Shown in pieces: positions 1 to 10,045 of a stretch of 64,000 bases of DNA (the first letter of the stretch is position 1; each line of letters begins with the position of its first letter). Under the pieces are notes generated by a model. It did no database searches. It was not told the origin of the DNA and was given only the letters and a program-made list of their open reading frames with translations. The DNA is taken from positions 64,001-128,000 of the forward strand of contig JBGSVZ010000031.1 of the NCBI GenBank assembly GCA_041752695.1, in the 5' to 3' direction. The position numbers and the translations under genes are program-made. The DNA comes from Terrimicrobiaceae bacterium. GTDB lineage: Bacteria > Verrucomicrobiota > Verrucomicrobiia > Chthoniobacterales > Terrimicrobiaceae.

Positions 1-794
1 CATTCGGCGAGCTTGATCGAGGCGTCGCCCATCTTTTTGCGCAGCTCGGGCGTCATGAGCGGCGATGGGCATTCTTCGACGATCTTTTGATTACGGCGTT
101 GGATCGAGCAGTCGCGCTCGCCCAGGTGAACAATGCGGCCGTGTTCGTCGCCGAAGATCTGGAATTCGATGTGGTGGGGGTTGACGATGAACTTCTCGAT
201 GTAGACCGCCGGGTTGCCGAACGCCTTGTCGGCTTCCATGCGGGCCGAGTGGTAGCCCTGGACGAGGCTCCCTTCATTGCTGGCGATGCGCATACCGCGT
301 CCGCCACCGCCGGCCACGGCCTTGATCATGACGGGAAAGCCGATTTTCCGGGCGATCTTGAGGGCCTCAGCCTCAGTGTCGACAGTGCCTTCGCTGCCGG
401 GAGAGGTGGGCACCCCGGCTTTGCGGGCGCACTCGCGGGCGGAGTTTTTGTCCCCCATCAGGCGGATCGCATTCGCGGGCGGCCCGATGAACTTGATGTT
501 ACAGCTCGCGCAGACTTCGGCGAAATGGGCGTTCTCGGCAAGAAATCCGTAGCCGGGATGGATGGCATCGACGTCGGCGATCTCTGCGGCGCTGATGATC
601 CGGTCGATCTTGAGGTAACTGTCCGCGCTGGCGGGCGCGCCGATGCAGACGGATTCATCCGCGAGTTGCACATGCAGGCTCTCGGCGTCGGCTTCCGAAT
701 AGACGGCCACGCTCTGGATGCCGAGTTCCTTGCAGGCGCGGATGATGCGCAGGGCGATCTCGCCGCGATTGGCGATGAGGATTTTCTTGAACAT
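1..794 (-). CDS. accC: Acetyl-CoA carboxylase biotin carboxylase subunit (5' part, runs off window)
   Basis: Manual minus-strand translation from ATG 794: [21 protein letters not shown]...[10 protein letters not shown]...GGGGRGMR...[12 protein letters not shown]. Not in the ORF track because no stop is in the window. Confidence 0.97.
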   Translation of the reverse strand, partial: MFKKILIANRGEIALRIIRACKELGIQSVAVYSEADAESLHVQLADESVCIGAPASADSYLKIDRIISAAEIADVDAIHPGYGFLAENAHFAEVCASCNIKFIGPPANAIRLMGDKNSARECARKAGVPTSPGSEGTVDTEAEALKIARKIGFPVMIKAVAGGGGRGMRIASNEGSLVQGYHSARMEADKAFGNPAVYIEKFIVNPHHIEFQIFGDEHGRIVHLGERDCSIQRRNQKIVEECPSPLMTPELRKKMGDASIKLAE

Positions 795-830
795 GGTAAT
801 TACAAACGGCGCGGCGGCCGCGGGAGAAGG

Positions 831-1289
831 CTACTTGACGCGGAACAGGGCCTGGGCGAACTGCACAGGCTTGCCGTTTTCGGCGCAAACCTCGGCAACC
901 GTTCCGGCGACCTCGGCCTTGATTTCGTTCATCACCTTCATGGCTTCGATGATGCAAACGACCGTATCGGGTGTCACGGCCTGACCGGCGCTGACGAACG
1001 GAGGAGAATCGGGAGAAGGAGAGGCGTAAAAGGTGCCGACCATGGGCGATTTGATCTCCTTAAGATTGGATACGTCTTTGGCGGGAGCGGCGGTGGGAGC
1101 AGTCACTGCCGGGGTGGCACTGGGGGCCGGGGCAGTGGCTGGAGCGGGGCCGGAGGTGAAAACCTGGGTGGTTCCATCCGCGTCGGCAGTTTTTAGGGTG
1201 ATTTTGAATCCCTCCCGTTCCATTTTGAAGACGGCCAGGCCGTTCTTCTTCATTAGGTCGATCAGTGTTCGAATCTCTTTTAAGTCCAC
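831..1289 (-). CDS. accB: Biotin carboxyl carrier protein
   Basis: C-terminal part of ORF 831..1961: VDLKEIRTLIDLM, Ala/Pro linker, KSPMVGTFY, EAMKVMNEI biotinylation motif. GTG start at 1289 inferred. Confidence 0.95.
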   Translation of the reverse strand: MDLKEIRTLIDLMKKNGLAVFKMEREGFKITLKTADADGTTQVFTSGPAPATAPAPSATPAVTAPTAAPAKDVSNLKEIKSPMVGTFYASPSPDSPPFVSAGQAVTPDTVVCIIEAMKVMNEIKAEVAGTVAEVCAENGKPVQFAQALFRVK

Positions 1290-1406
1290 AGGCAGCAATT
1301 TTTGAGGAAGGTGAAGAATCTCAGGTTGGCCGCTTGCGGTCAAGAGTTTCGCGGGAACGCCCTTTACAAAACGTTTCGAATGGCCCATTTTCCCCGGTTC
1401 TCGCTT

Positions 1407-1838
1407 ATGTGGTTGCTCATTCCCGCTCTCCTTACCATTCATGTGGCCATCTGCCTTTTGCTCGTGCTTGTCGTGCTCATGCAGCTTCCGCGCAGTGAGG
1501 GCCTTGGTGCGGCTTTTGGTGGTACGGTGACAGAAAACATTTTCGGGGCCCAGACGACCCACGTGCTGGCGCGCTTCACCGTTTGGTTGGGCGTGGCGTT
1601 TTTTGTGGTGACCCTTGCGCTCGCGATGGCCTACGCGAAACGGAATACGGCCAATGCAAGCGCGATCCAGCGCGAATTGCAAAGTGCTCCGGCGGTTCCG
1701 GCCGCTCTTCCTTCCGCTTCTCCTGCTGCGACCCCGGCAACGGCGCCTGCGGCTCTGGAAAGTTCCGCTGCTCCGGCGACCCCCGCTCCCACTGAGCCTG
1801 CTCCGGTCGTTCCCGCGCCATCGCCGGCCGCTCCCTAG
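1407..1838 (+). CDS. secG: Preprotein translocase subunit SecG
   Basis: Two TM helices flanking LMQLPRSEGLGAAFGG...IFG; Ala/Pro-rich tail. Start inferred at ATG 1407. Confidence 0.9.
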   Translation: MWLLIPALLTIHVAICLLLVLVVLMQLPRSEGLGAAFGGTVTENIFGAQTTHVLARFTVWLGVAFFVVTLALAMAYAKRNTANASAIQRELQSAPAVPAALPSASPAATPATAPAALESSAAPATPAPTEPAPVVPAPSPAAP

Positions 1839-1852
1839 TTCTTTTCCGTGGT

Positions 1853-2689
1853 GTGAAAATCGCCCGGACGCTGGCCGTCGCCCGAAAGTTCTGCTCCGCA
1901 TCGCTGCGCCCGTTGGTCTTGGTGCCAACCATGGGGGCGCTCCATGAGGGCCATGCGGCACTCATTCTCCACGCCCGCAAGCTGGCCGGCCGGAAGGGCT
2001 CCGTAGTGGTCTCGATCTTTGTGAATCCGATCCAGTTCGGTCCCCAGGAAGACCTCGCGAAGTATCCGCGTCCCTGGAAAAACGATCTCGCGGTGAGCCG
2101 GGTTTGCGGGGCGGACTTGGTATTTGCCCCATCGGTAGGCGAAGTCTATGCGGCCGACCGTTCGGTTTTTGTAGACGAGACTTCCCTCTCCGCGCATTTG
2201 TGCGGGGCGTCGCGCCCGGGGCATTTCCGCGGGGTCTGCACGGTGGTGGCCAAACTTTTTTTGATGTTGCAGCCCGACGTGGCCGTCTTCGGAGAGAAAG
2301 ATTGGCAGCAGCTGGCGATCATCCGGCGGATGGTGCGCGACCTGAATTTTCCCGTCCGCATCGCCGGCCACGAAACCGTGCGGGAGCCGGACGGGCTGGC
2401 GAAAAGCTCGCGGAACGCCTACCTCACGCCGGAAGAGCGGGCGGTCGCCCCTGGAATCCTGGAGGCCCTGCGCGGCGCGGCCGCGAAAAAAAGCCCGGCC
2501 GCCATCACCTCCTCGGCGCGCCGTGCGATGGCAAAGATCCCTGGCGCTCGCCTGGACTATGTCGAACTCGTTGATGCGGAAACGCTGGAGTCCGCCCGCA
2601 ATCTGCGCCGACCCATGCGTCTGGCTGCGGCGGTTTTCCTCGGCAAGGCGCGTTTGATTGATAACATCGGACTGGGTCCCCTTTCATGA
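1853..2689 (+). CDS. panC: Pantoate-beta-alanine ligase
   Basis: VPTMGALHEGH, SIFVNPIQF, RPGHFRGV, FGEKDWQQ, RLIDN motifs. Confidence 0.97.
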   Translation: MKIARTLAVARKFCSASLRPLVLVPTMGALHEGHAALILHARKLAGRKGSVVVSIFVNPIQFGPQEDLAKYPRPWKNDLAVSRVCGADLVFAPSVGEVYAADRSVFVDETSLSAHLCGASRPGHFRGVCTVVAKLFLMLQPDVAVFGEKDWQQLAIIRRMVRDLNFPVRIAGHETVREPDGLAKSSRNAYLTPEERAVAPGILEALRGAAAKKSPAAITSSARRAMAKIPGARLDYVELVDAETLESARNLRRPMRLAAAVFLGKARLIDNIGLGPLS

Positions 2690-4278
2690 AGGAATTTGAT
2701 TTTGTTGTTTTGGGCAGCGGCATTGCCGGTCTGTCTTTCGCTCTGAAGGCGGCCGAAAAAGGCACCGTGGCGGTCGTGACCAAACGGCGGCTGGCGGATT
2801 CGAATACGGCGTGGGCCCAGGGCGGCGTGGCCTGCGTGGTAAGCGAAGAAGATTCGTTCGACCTCCATATCCGCGACACCCTGGTGGCAGGGGCGGATCT
2901 CTGTCAGGAAGATGCCGTGCGCGCGGTGGTGACGGAGGGGCCCGTGCGCATCCAGGAGTTGATCAACCTCGGGATGCATTTCGACGAACGGGAGGCGGCC
3001 AATGGCGAACGGGAACTCGACCTTGGCCGGGAAGGCGGACACTCGAAACGCCGGGTCCTGCATTTTCAGGATTCCACCGGATCCGAAATCGAGCGCACCC
3101 TGGTGGAACGGATTGCGGATCATCCGGCGATCACGGTTTTCGAAAATCACATGGCGGTGGATTTTCTCACCACCGGCAAGCTGGGCTACGCGATGCAGGA
3201 CTCCTGTGTGGGCGTGTATGTGTTGGATGAGGCGACGGGTGAGGTGGAAACACTGCGCAGCGATGTGAACGTGCTCGCCACCGGCGGCTGCGGAAAAGTG
3301 TATCTTTATACGACAAATCCGGATGTCGCCACCGGTGATGGAGTGGCCATGGCTTGGCGGGCGGGGGCGGTGATCGCCAATATGGAATTCGTCCAGTTTC
3401 ATCCGACTTGCCTCTACCACCCCGAGGCGAAGTCTTTTCTGATTTCCGAGGCGGTGCGCGGCGAAGGGGCCATTTTGCGGGATCCCAAGGGACGGCGCTT
3501 CATGGAAGCTCATCATCCGCTGAAGGAATTGGCGCCCCGTGACATTGTGGCCCGGGCGATTGACGCCGAGATGAAGCGTACGGGCAGCAAATGTGTCTTC
3601 CTCGACATCACCCACAAGGATGCGGAGTTTATCAAATCGCGCTTTCCCACCATTTACGAGACCTGCCTGCGCTTTGGCATCGACATCACAACCCAGCCGA
3701 TTCCTGTCGTGCCTGCCGCGCATTACCAGTGCGGCGGGGTGAAGACCGATCTGAATGGCGAAACCAGCCTCCGGGGACTTTATGCCATCGGGGAGGTGGC
3801 CTGCACTGGGCTGCACGGGGCCAACCGCCTCGCCAGCAATTCCCTGCTGGAGGGGCTCGTGCTGGCCCACCGGGCGTATGAGAAATCCACCCGTCACCGT
3901 CCGCCCCGCGTCGATCATGACTTGCCGGAATGGCGGCCGGGTGAGGTGCAGGACTTGGACGAGCTTGTCGTAATTTACCACAACTGGGATGAAATCCGCC
4001 GCCTGATGTGGGACTACGTCGGCATCGTGCGGACGGACAAAAGGCTCCAGCGCGCCGCAACCCGACTGCGCAATTTGCACGCCGAGGTGCAGGAGTTTTA
4101 TTGGAATTTCCGGGTCACGACGGATTCCCTGGAGTTGCGCAATCTGGTGACCGTGGCCTCCCTGATCGTGGATTGTGCCATCAGCCGACGGGAAAGCCGG
4201 GGCCTGCATTACACCCTGGATTATCCCGAGCCGGACGATGGGAAGTTTCTCCGCGAGACGACGATGCGGCGGGTGTAG
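2686..4278 (+). CDS. nadB: L-aspartate oxidase
   Basis: GSGIAG, WAQGGVA, REGGHS, LATGG, HGANRLASNSLLE, ESRGLHY. ATGA overlap with panC. Confidence 0.97.
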   Translation: MKEFDFVVLGSGIAGLSFALKAAEKGTVAVVTKRRLADSNTAWAQGGVACVVSEEDSFDLHIRDTLVAGADLCQEDAVRAVVTEGPVRIQELINLGMHFDEREAANGERELDLGREGGHSKRRVLHFQDSTGSEIERTLVERIADHPAITVFENHMAVDFLTTGKLGYAMQDSCVGVYVLDEATGEVETLRSDVNVLATGGCGKVYLYTTNPDVATGDGVAMAWRAGAVIANMEFVQFHPTCLYHPEAKSFLISEAVRGEGAILRDPKGRRFMEAHHPLKELAPRDIVARAIDAEMKRTGSKCVFLDITHKDAEFIKSRFPTIYETCLRFGIDITTQPIPVVPAAHYQCGGVKTDLNGETSLRGLYAIGEVACTGLHGANRLASNSLLEGLVLAHRAYEKSTRHRPPRVDHDLPEWRPGEVQDLDELVVIYHNWDEIRRLMWDYVGIVRTDKRLQRAATRLRNLHAEVQEFYWNFRVTTDSLELRNLVTVASLIVDCAISRRESRGLHYTLDYPEPDDGKFLRETTMRRV

Positions 4279-4338
4279 GCTGTTTTTGTTTGCCGCAGGG
4301 GGTGTTTTGGGCGATCATTTGCTTTCCCGAAATTGTTC

Positions 4339-5172
4339 ATGAAACCCGTCACAGCGATCCTAGGGATGGTATTGGTCACGACCGCCGTGTGGGCGAGCGA
4401 GCCGCAGTCATCGATCACCGCCAGCACTGATTTTCAAAAATTTGCCCAGAAGTTGCGCGAGAGCGCGCTTCTCAAGGTCGAGCCGCAGGTGATTGCACCC
4501 TCTTCGATGCGGGCGGGCTTCAATCGGTATCCGTGGAAACGCCAGATTGTCACCACGGTCTTTTGGGTGGGGGAAACCCCAACGCAAAATAATCCCACGC
4601 CCAACCACAAAAGTTCCTGGGATCCACAATGGGCGCAGAATTATGGGGGTTTCGACGATCCTGAGGCCTCGCGTCGGCGCAATTTTCTCCCCGCCCGGTT
4701 TGTTCCCCGGCAGAACCCTTTTTACGTCGCGCTTCCGTTCAATGATGTGACACGAGGAACGACCAAACCCGAATCGCGCAAAGCCATTCCCTGGTTCAAA
4801 CAGGCCTTTGAGCGTCCCGGAAAAAGTGTCTGCAAAGGGCGGTGGATCGCCGTCAAACACGGCAGCCGCATCGCCTACGCGCAGTGGGAGGACTGCGGTC
4901 CTTTCCGTACGGACCACTGGGAATACGTCTTTGGCAATGATCGTCCGAAACCGAATCTCAACCAGGGAGCGGGCCTCGATATCTCCCCGGCCGTGCGCGA
5001 CTACCTGGGCATGAGCAACAAGGACGTCTGCGATTGGAAGTTTGTCGAGGCGCGGGATGTGCCGCCCGGACCCTGGACCAAATACGGGGATAACAACACC
5101 TTTGTCCTGCAACGCCGGGGCGCGAATCTTTTTCTGGTGGATCGCAACAACGCCTACGGCATCAAGCGGTAA
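4339..5172 (+). CDS. Exported hypothetical protein, possible double-psi beta-barrel (RlpA/expansin-like) domain
   Basis: Signal peptide MKPVTAILGMVLVTTAVWA; motifs FYVALP, QWEDCGP, GLDISPAV resemble DPBB strands. Confidence 0.6.
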   Translation: MKPVTAILGMVLVTTAVWASEPQSSITASTDFQKFAQKLRESALLKVEPQVIAPSSMRAGFNRYPWKRQIVTTVFWVGETPTQNNPTPNHKSSWDPQWAQNYGGFDDPEASRRRNFLPARFVPRQNPFYVALPFNDVTRGTTKPESRKAIPWFKQAFERPGKSVCKGRWIAVKHGSRIAYAQWEDCGPFRTDHWEYVFGNDRPKPNLNQGAGLDISPAVRDYLGMSNKDVCDWKFVEARDVPPGPWTKYGDNNTFVLQRRGANLFLVDRNNAYGIKR

Positions 5173-5184
5173 CCCGCCAAATGG

Positions 5185-5223
5185 ACGAAGGCGGCCTCCT
5201 TTCGGAAACCGCCCTCGTTTTTT
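5185..5223 (+). terminator. Intrinsic terminator between the 4339 gene and convergent rnpB
   Basis: Stem ACGAAGGCGG / CCGCCCTCGT followed by a T-run. Confidence 0.6.
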
Positions 5224-5697
5224 GATGGCTGTAAGCCGGATTTTGTCTCCCGAGCCTTGCGACCCGGCAGGACGGCCATTTATCTCGCCCGTCTTCTTGC
5301 GAAGACGAAACGCCCTCCCGAAGGAGGATGCGACTATTACCCGGAGGGGTATCCGGCTTGCGCCGAATAGGACAGGCCATCCGTTCCTCCTGTTCTGTCT
5401 TGCACCGCAGGGGGTTTATCATGCGCCAGGAATTACTTCCACGGCCGGTGGGCTCTTACCCCGCCTTTTCACCCTTGCCCTTTGGAGTGGTCAGTGAAAG
5501 GGCCTAGGGCCAAGGGTTTCCCCTTTGCACTCTCACTTTTCACTTGGCACTCCGTCAGGCGGTATCTTCTCTGTGACACTTTCCGTCGCCGGAAGGTTTC
5601 CCTTCCAGCTCCCCCGCTTTCGCAGGGCCCGCTGCCTTGTGGTGTCCGGACTTTCCTCTCCGGCTCCTCGGGGAACCGAAGCGGCCGTCCGCCATCA
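5223..5697 (-). ncRNA. rnpB: RNase P RNA (type A)
   Basis: Minus strand has GAGGAAAGUCCGGAC, GGAAAGUGUCACAGA, AGGGUGAAAAGGCGGGGUAAGAGCCCACCG and ACAAAAUCCGGCUUAC, with P1 ends UGAUGGC / GCCAUCA. Confidence 0.96.
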
Positions 5698-5726
5698 GGA
5701 AAAGAATAAGCGTTCCGGTGGTGCGA

Positions 5727-6722
5727 TCAAGGGGCGATTTTTTGGAGTTTTTGGCGCTCTGCCAGCGCTTGTGGGATTCCAAGCGGGAGCATGCCCGACT
5801 CCGCCACAACTTTTTGACCGGCACCACTGAGGAGAAAGAGCAAATATTCCCGGAAGGCGCGGTCAATCGTTCCGTCGGGCCCTGGGGCGGCGTAAAGGTA
5901 AAGCAAACGCCGGAGCGAGTAAGAGCCGTTTTGCACGTTTTCCGGGGTGCAGGCGACAAAGGGGGCTGAGATATTCTCCGCGACGGGCACGGTGCGGGTG
6001 CCGTCCTGGGGTGGGCCGAGGCAGGTGTAGCCAATGGCGCCCAAGTTGGCCGCGACGGCCTGCGGCACTCCGCTTTCGATGTTGAGCGGCCGGACGGACG
6101 CTTTGCTGAGTGCTCCCCAGGAAACCAGCCCTTCAAAGGTCAGGGTCGTTCCCCATCCGGGCGAGCCGCCATACGGTTCCACAGGTTCATTCACCCAAGC
6201 GCCCGGCAGGCCGAGGTCCCCCCAGGTCGTAACCGGCAGACCTCCGCGCAGGCCGACAGACGAATAGATCGCGTCGAGTTGGTCGAGGGTGAGTCCGGGG
6301 ATGGGGTTGTGACGATGAACCAGAACCTGCAAGGCATCCTGGGCGACGCAAATTTCGAGAATTTCGTGACCGTATTTCCGGGCGAACGATTTTTTTTCCA
6401 GATCTCCCATCGGCCGGCTCATCGCGCCGAACGTGACCGATCCGTTGATGAGCCCATCCAACACTCCGGCGCTGCTGGGGAAGGAAAGTTCGACGGTGGT
6501 ATCCGGGTGGACGGCGACGAATTCCTTCGTGGCCTTCTCGAGGAGGTTGGCCATCACGCCGGAACCGTAAATTTTAAAACTTTGCGTGATGGGCGCGGAG
6601 GGTTGGTAGTCCGGGAGACGGGAACCCGATTTCGCGGGGGATTCGGCCCAGCATTCCACAAGGAGGAGGCCCAAATATAAGCCGCCCGCCACCGAGATTT
6701 TCCCCGTCCTCGACCGTTGCAT
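5727..6722 (-). CDS. PstS-family phosphate-binding protein (orphan)
   Basis: KIYGSG, GAMSRPM, VAQDALQVLVH...NP, LTLDQLDAIYS, TWGDLGL, YSLRRLLYLY. Confidence 0.8.
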   Translation of the reverse strand: MQRSRTGKISVAGGLYLGLLLVECWAESPAKSGSRLPDYQPSAPITQSFKIYGSGVMANLLEKATKEFVAVHPDTTVELSFPSSAGVLDGLINGSVTFGAMSRPMGDLEKKSFARKYGHEILEICVAQDALQVLVHRHNPIPGLTLDQLDAIYSSVGLRGGLPVTTWGDLGLPGAWVNEPVEPYGGSPGWGTTLTFEGLVSWGALSKASVRPLNIESGVPQAVAANLGAIGYTCLGPPQDGTRTVPVAENISAPFVACTPENVQNGSYSLRRLLYLYAAPGPDGTIDRAFREYLLFLLSGAGQKVVAESGMLPLGIPQALAERQKLQKIAP

Positions 6723-6855
6723 GGATCGGCCTTATCTGCGATGGGCGGGCGGTGTGGCAATGACAAACCGTCCGGCCGGTTCATCGGGTCCGAATGTCCC
6801 GCATGCCGCGATTCCTTCCTCGCCAGTTGGAGGGGGAAATTGTCATTTATCCACC

Positions 6856-8067
6856 ATGACTTCACCGCCTCTCCGCGTCGCCATCATTGGCTGCGGGACG
6901 GCGGGACCGGCGGCGGCGACCCTGCTGGCGCGGCAGGGTCATGAGGTCGTGCTTTTCGAGCGGGCGCCCGAGTGTCGGGCGGTGGGCGCTGGGTTTTTGC
7001 TGCAGCCCTCTGGGATGGGAGTGCTGCGTGAACTGGGTATCCTGGACGATGTGCTGGCTCATGCGGCGAGAGTGCAGAGGCTGCATATTCTGGAACCTGG
7101 CGAGAAAACCCTGCTCAGTCTCCGCTACGAAGAACTCGGGGTGGGGCGGTTCGGGGCGGGGTTGCACCGGCCGGTCTTATTGCATCATCTGATCCGCGCG
7201 ATGGAAATGGCCGGGGTTGAAGTCCGGTGGGGTTGGGAGGTCAACGAGGCGGCCCGCGGGGAGGAGGGATGGTCCGTGCGTTCTTTGGAAAACGGGGAGT
7301 GTGGGGGATTTGATTTGCTGGTGGTCGCCGACGGGGCGCGTTCCCGCTGGAGGCAGCTGGCGGGTCGTGGCGGAGTGGATCGCGGCTACGCCTGGGGAGC
7401 CCATTGGTTCATCGGCAAAAACAACGGAGTCTTTCCCGAGGACGAACTTTATCAGGTGGTTCGCGGCACGCGACGCCTCGGAGGGTTTCTGGCGACCGGG
7501 CGTGATCTGGAGGGAGACGACGCCCTGGTGAGTCTTTTTTGGAGCATCAAGATCGCCGATGACGAGGCCTGGCGCGCACGTCCTCTGGAGGAGTGGAAGG
7601 GTCAGGTCCTGGATCTCTGTCCCAAGGCCGCCCGCTTGCTCGAGCAAATTCATTCCTGGGACCAGATCGTCACCGCCCGTTATGGCGATGTTCGGATGCG
7701 GCGCTGGTATGCGGACGGGGTGGTGGTTTTGGGTGACGCCGCTCATGCCATGAGCCCCCAGCTTGGGCAGGGGGTGAACCTGGCTTTGCAGGACGCGTCC
7801 TGTCTGGCGCAGTGCCTGAAACACACGTCTCTCTCCCGAGCGCTCGCGCGCTACCAGCGCCGTCGCCGATGGACGTTGCTTTATTATCAGTTTGCCACCC
7901 GCTGGCTGACGCCTTGGTTTCAGTCCGACTTCGAGAGGATCGCCCCTTTTCGGCGGGTCTTTTTTCAGGTGGCGCAGCGGATTCCCTGGGCGAGACGCTT
8001 GATGACCCTCTCGATGGCCGGGATGATCGGGCCGTCGGACGACGTCAAATCTCCACCACCTGGCTGA
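6856..8067 (+). CDS. FAD-dependent monooxygenase (UbiH-like)
   Basis: IIGCGTAG, VGAGFLLQP, VVADGARS, GDAAHAMSPQLGQGVNLALQD. Start trimmed to ATG 6856. Confidence 0.9.
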   Translation: MTSPPLRVAIIGCGTAGPAAATLLARQGHEVVLFERAPECRAVGAGFLLQPSGMGVLRELGILDDVLAHAARVQRLHILEPGEKTLLSLRYEELGVGRFGAGLHRPVLLHHLIRAMEMAGVEVRWGWEVNEAARGEEGWSVRSLENGECGGFDLLVVADGARSRWRQLAGRGGVDRGYAWGAHWFIGKNNGVFPEDELYQVVRGTRRLGGFLATGRDLEGDDALVSLFWSIKIADDEAWRARPLEEWKGQVLDLCPKAARLLEQIHSWDQIVTARYGDVRMRRWYADGVVVLGDAAHAMSPQLGQGVNLALQDASCLAQCLKHTSLSRALARYQRRRRWTLLYYQFATRWLTPWFQSDFERIAPFRRVFFQVAQRIPWARRLMTLSMAGMIGPSDDVKSPPPG

Positions 8068-9934
8068 CCTCGTAAACGCGGTCGGGAGGGAGTTGGAAAA
8101 AGTCCGCGGCATTCTCGGAATGTTTGCTGAGGAAAACGAAGATGTGTTCGCGCCACTCGGCCATGCCGCCCTTGCCGGTCACGACAATGCGTTCCCTGCC
8201 CACAAAAAACGTCGTCCGCTCGGCCTGGAGCGGCAGGCCGGCCACGTCCGCCGCGCGAATGACCTCGTCGATGTGGGGGGTTTCCATGAACCCGAAACTG
8301 GCGGTGACGCGAAAAAATCCCTCCGTGCGGTCGTCGATCTGCACGCGCTCGTCCGGCGGCACGTGGGGCCGACTATAATCCGTGGTGATGGTGAGCAGGA
8401 TGTTGCGCTGATGGAGGATCTGGTTGTGTTTGATGTTTTTGACCAGCGCGTTCGGGGTGCCCTCCGGATTGCCGGCGAGGAAGATGGCCGTTCCGTGGCT
8501 GCGGTGGAGCTTGTTTTGCTCGTCGAGCGCGCCGGCGATGTTGATCGAGGCAATGAAGTCGTCCAGGGCCATACCAGTGGGAAGTTGTTTCCGGAGCAGG
8601 GTACGGCCGTCTTTCCAGGTGATCATTACGACGAAGACGACCGCACCAAACACGAGCGGAAACCAACCTCCGTTAAGAATCTTGAGAGAATTCGCAGCGA
8701 AAAAGATGGCCTCGACTGAACCGAACGCCAAACAAATCGCGCCCGCACGAAGGCGGCTCCAATTCCACAATCGCCGCGCGGCAAAGTAAAAAATGAAAGT
8801 GGTCGAAAGCATCGTCAACGTCACCGCGATCCCATACGCGCTGGCCAGTGCCGAGCTGCTGCCAAAGCCGATCACGAGAGCCGCACACCCGAGGCCAAGC
8901 ATGACGTTGATCTTCGGGATATAAATCTGACCACGCTCGTTCTGCGAGGTGTGACGGATCTCCATTCGCGGGATGTAGCCCATCTGAATGCCTTGCATCG
9001 TCAACGAGAAAACACCGGAAATGAGCGCTTGTGAGGCGATCACCGTCGCGGCCATCGCGAGAAAAACTAGTGGGTAAAGCATCCAGTCGGGTCCCATGTT
9101 AAAGAACGGATTTTTGCGAGCCTCTGGATGAGACAGTACGAGAGCTCCCTGACCCAGGTAGTTGAGCATCAGCGCGGGACACACCAAAAAACTCCATGCA
9201 CGCACCATGGCCGGGCGGCCAAAGTGCCCAAGGTCTGCATAGAGCGCCTCTCCTCCCGTCACGACAAGAAAAACACTCCCCATGATCACAAGGCTCATGA
9301 CGCCGTGGTGGGTCAGGAAGTGAATTGCCTCAAGGGGATTTAACGCCCACATCACCGTCGGATTGTGTGCAATCTGGTAAATTCCGAGCACCGCCAAAAC
9401 GCTGAACCACACAAGCATGATTCTCCCAAACCATTTTCCAACTTCCCCTGTTCCCTTGGATTGCACCGCAAAGAGGCCGGCGAGGATTCCCAGGGTAAGA
9501 GGAATGATGAATGGCTTGACCTTGTCCGTCGCGATGAGAAGGCCCTCAACGGCAGAGATCACCGAAATCGCTGGCGTGATTACGCCATCCCCATAAAGCA
9601 GCGCGGCACCGGCGATTCCGACCGCGATCATCCCGGTGGCGGAAAGGCCCGCGCCCTTCGCGTTCTTCGGGAAGGCCAGCGAAAGAAGCGCGAGGATGCC
9701 CCCCTCCCCCTGGTTGTCGGCCCGCGTGACAATCGCAATGTACTTGATCGAGACGAGTAGAGTCAGACTCCAGATGATGAGCGAGAGAACCCCGACAATC
9801 TCCTTGTCCGTGTCCAGACCATGGTGCAGGCATTCTTTGAACGCGTAGAGCACACTCGTTCCGATATCGCCATAGACGACACCGAGAGCGCCAATGGAAA
9901 GGGCAATGGAGGAGGACTTTTGGGTCTCTTGCAT
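8045..9934 (-). CDS. kup: KUP/HAK potassium transporter
   Basis: ALGVVYGDIGTS, RADNQGEGG, GDGVITPAISV, TGGEALYADLGHFG, GQIYIP, FGFME. Confidence 0.96.
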   Translation of the reverse strand: MQETQKSSSIALSIGALGVVYGDIGTSVLYAFKECLHHGLDTDKEIVGVLSLIIWSLTLLVSIKYIAIVTRADNQGEGGILALLSLAFPKNAKGAGLSATGMIAVGIAGAALLYGDGVITPAISVISAVEGLLIATDKVKPFIIPLTLGILAGLFAVQSKGTGEVGKWFGRIMLVWFSVLAVLGIYQIAHNPTVMWALNPLEAIHFLTHHGVMSLVIMGSVFLVVTGGEALYADLGHFGRPAMVRAWSFLVCPALMLNYLGQGALVLSHPEARKNPFFNMGPDWMLYPLVFLAMAATVIASQALISGVFSLTMQGIQMGYIPRMEIRHTSQNERGQIYIPKINVMLGLGCAALVIGFGSSSALASAYGIAVTLTMLSTTFIFYFAARRLWNWSRLRAGAICLAFGSVEAIFFAANSLKILNGGWFPLVFGAVVFVVMITWKDGRTLLRKQLPTGMALDDFIASINIAGALDEQNKLHRSHGTAIFLAGNPEGTPNALVKNIKHNQILHQRNILLTITTDYSRPHVPPDERVQIDDRTEGFFRVTASFGFMETPHIDEVIRAADVAGLPLQAERTTFFVGRERIVVTGKGGMAEWREHIFVFLSKHSENAADFFQLPPDRVYEVSQVVEI

Positions 9935-10045
9935 GTGTGGGCGGTAGGCTGAAGGAAGGGAATGGTGCCCGCAACTCTTTCGTTTGCGAATGGCAGGGAG
10001 ATTTGTCCTCGATCCTCCCACAGTTCCCGTTGAAGACAACACGCC

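Noticed and set aside
87..1196. 369-aa plus-strand ORF
   Set aside because: Antisense shadow of accC/accB.
2557..4209. 550-aa minus-strand ORF
   Set aside because: Antisense shadow of nadB.
5042..5709. ORFs over 5.2-5.7 kb
   Set aside because: The region is rnpB.
9935..10045. c-di-AMP (ydaO) riboswitch upstream of kup
   Set aside because: Conserved ydaO elements not found.
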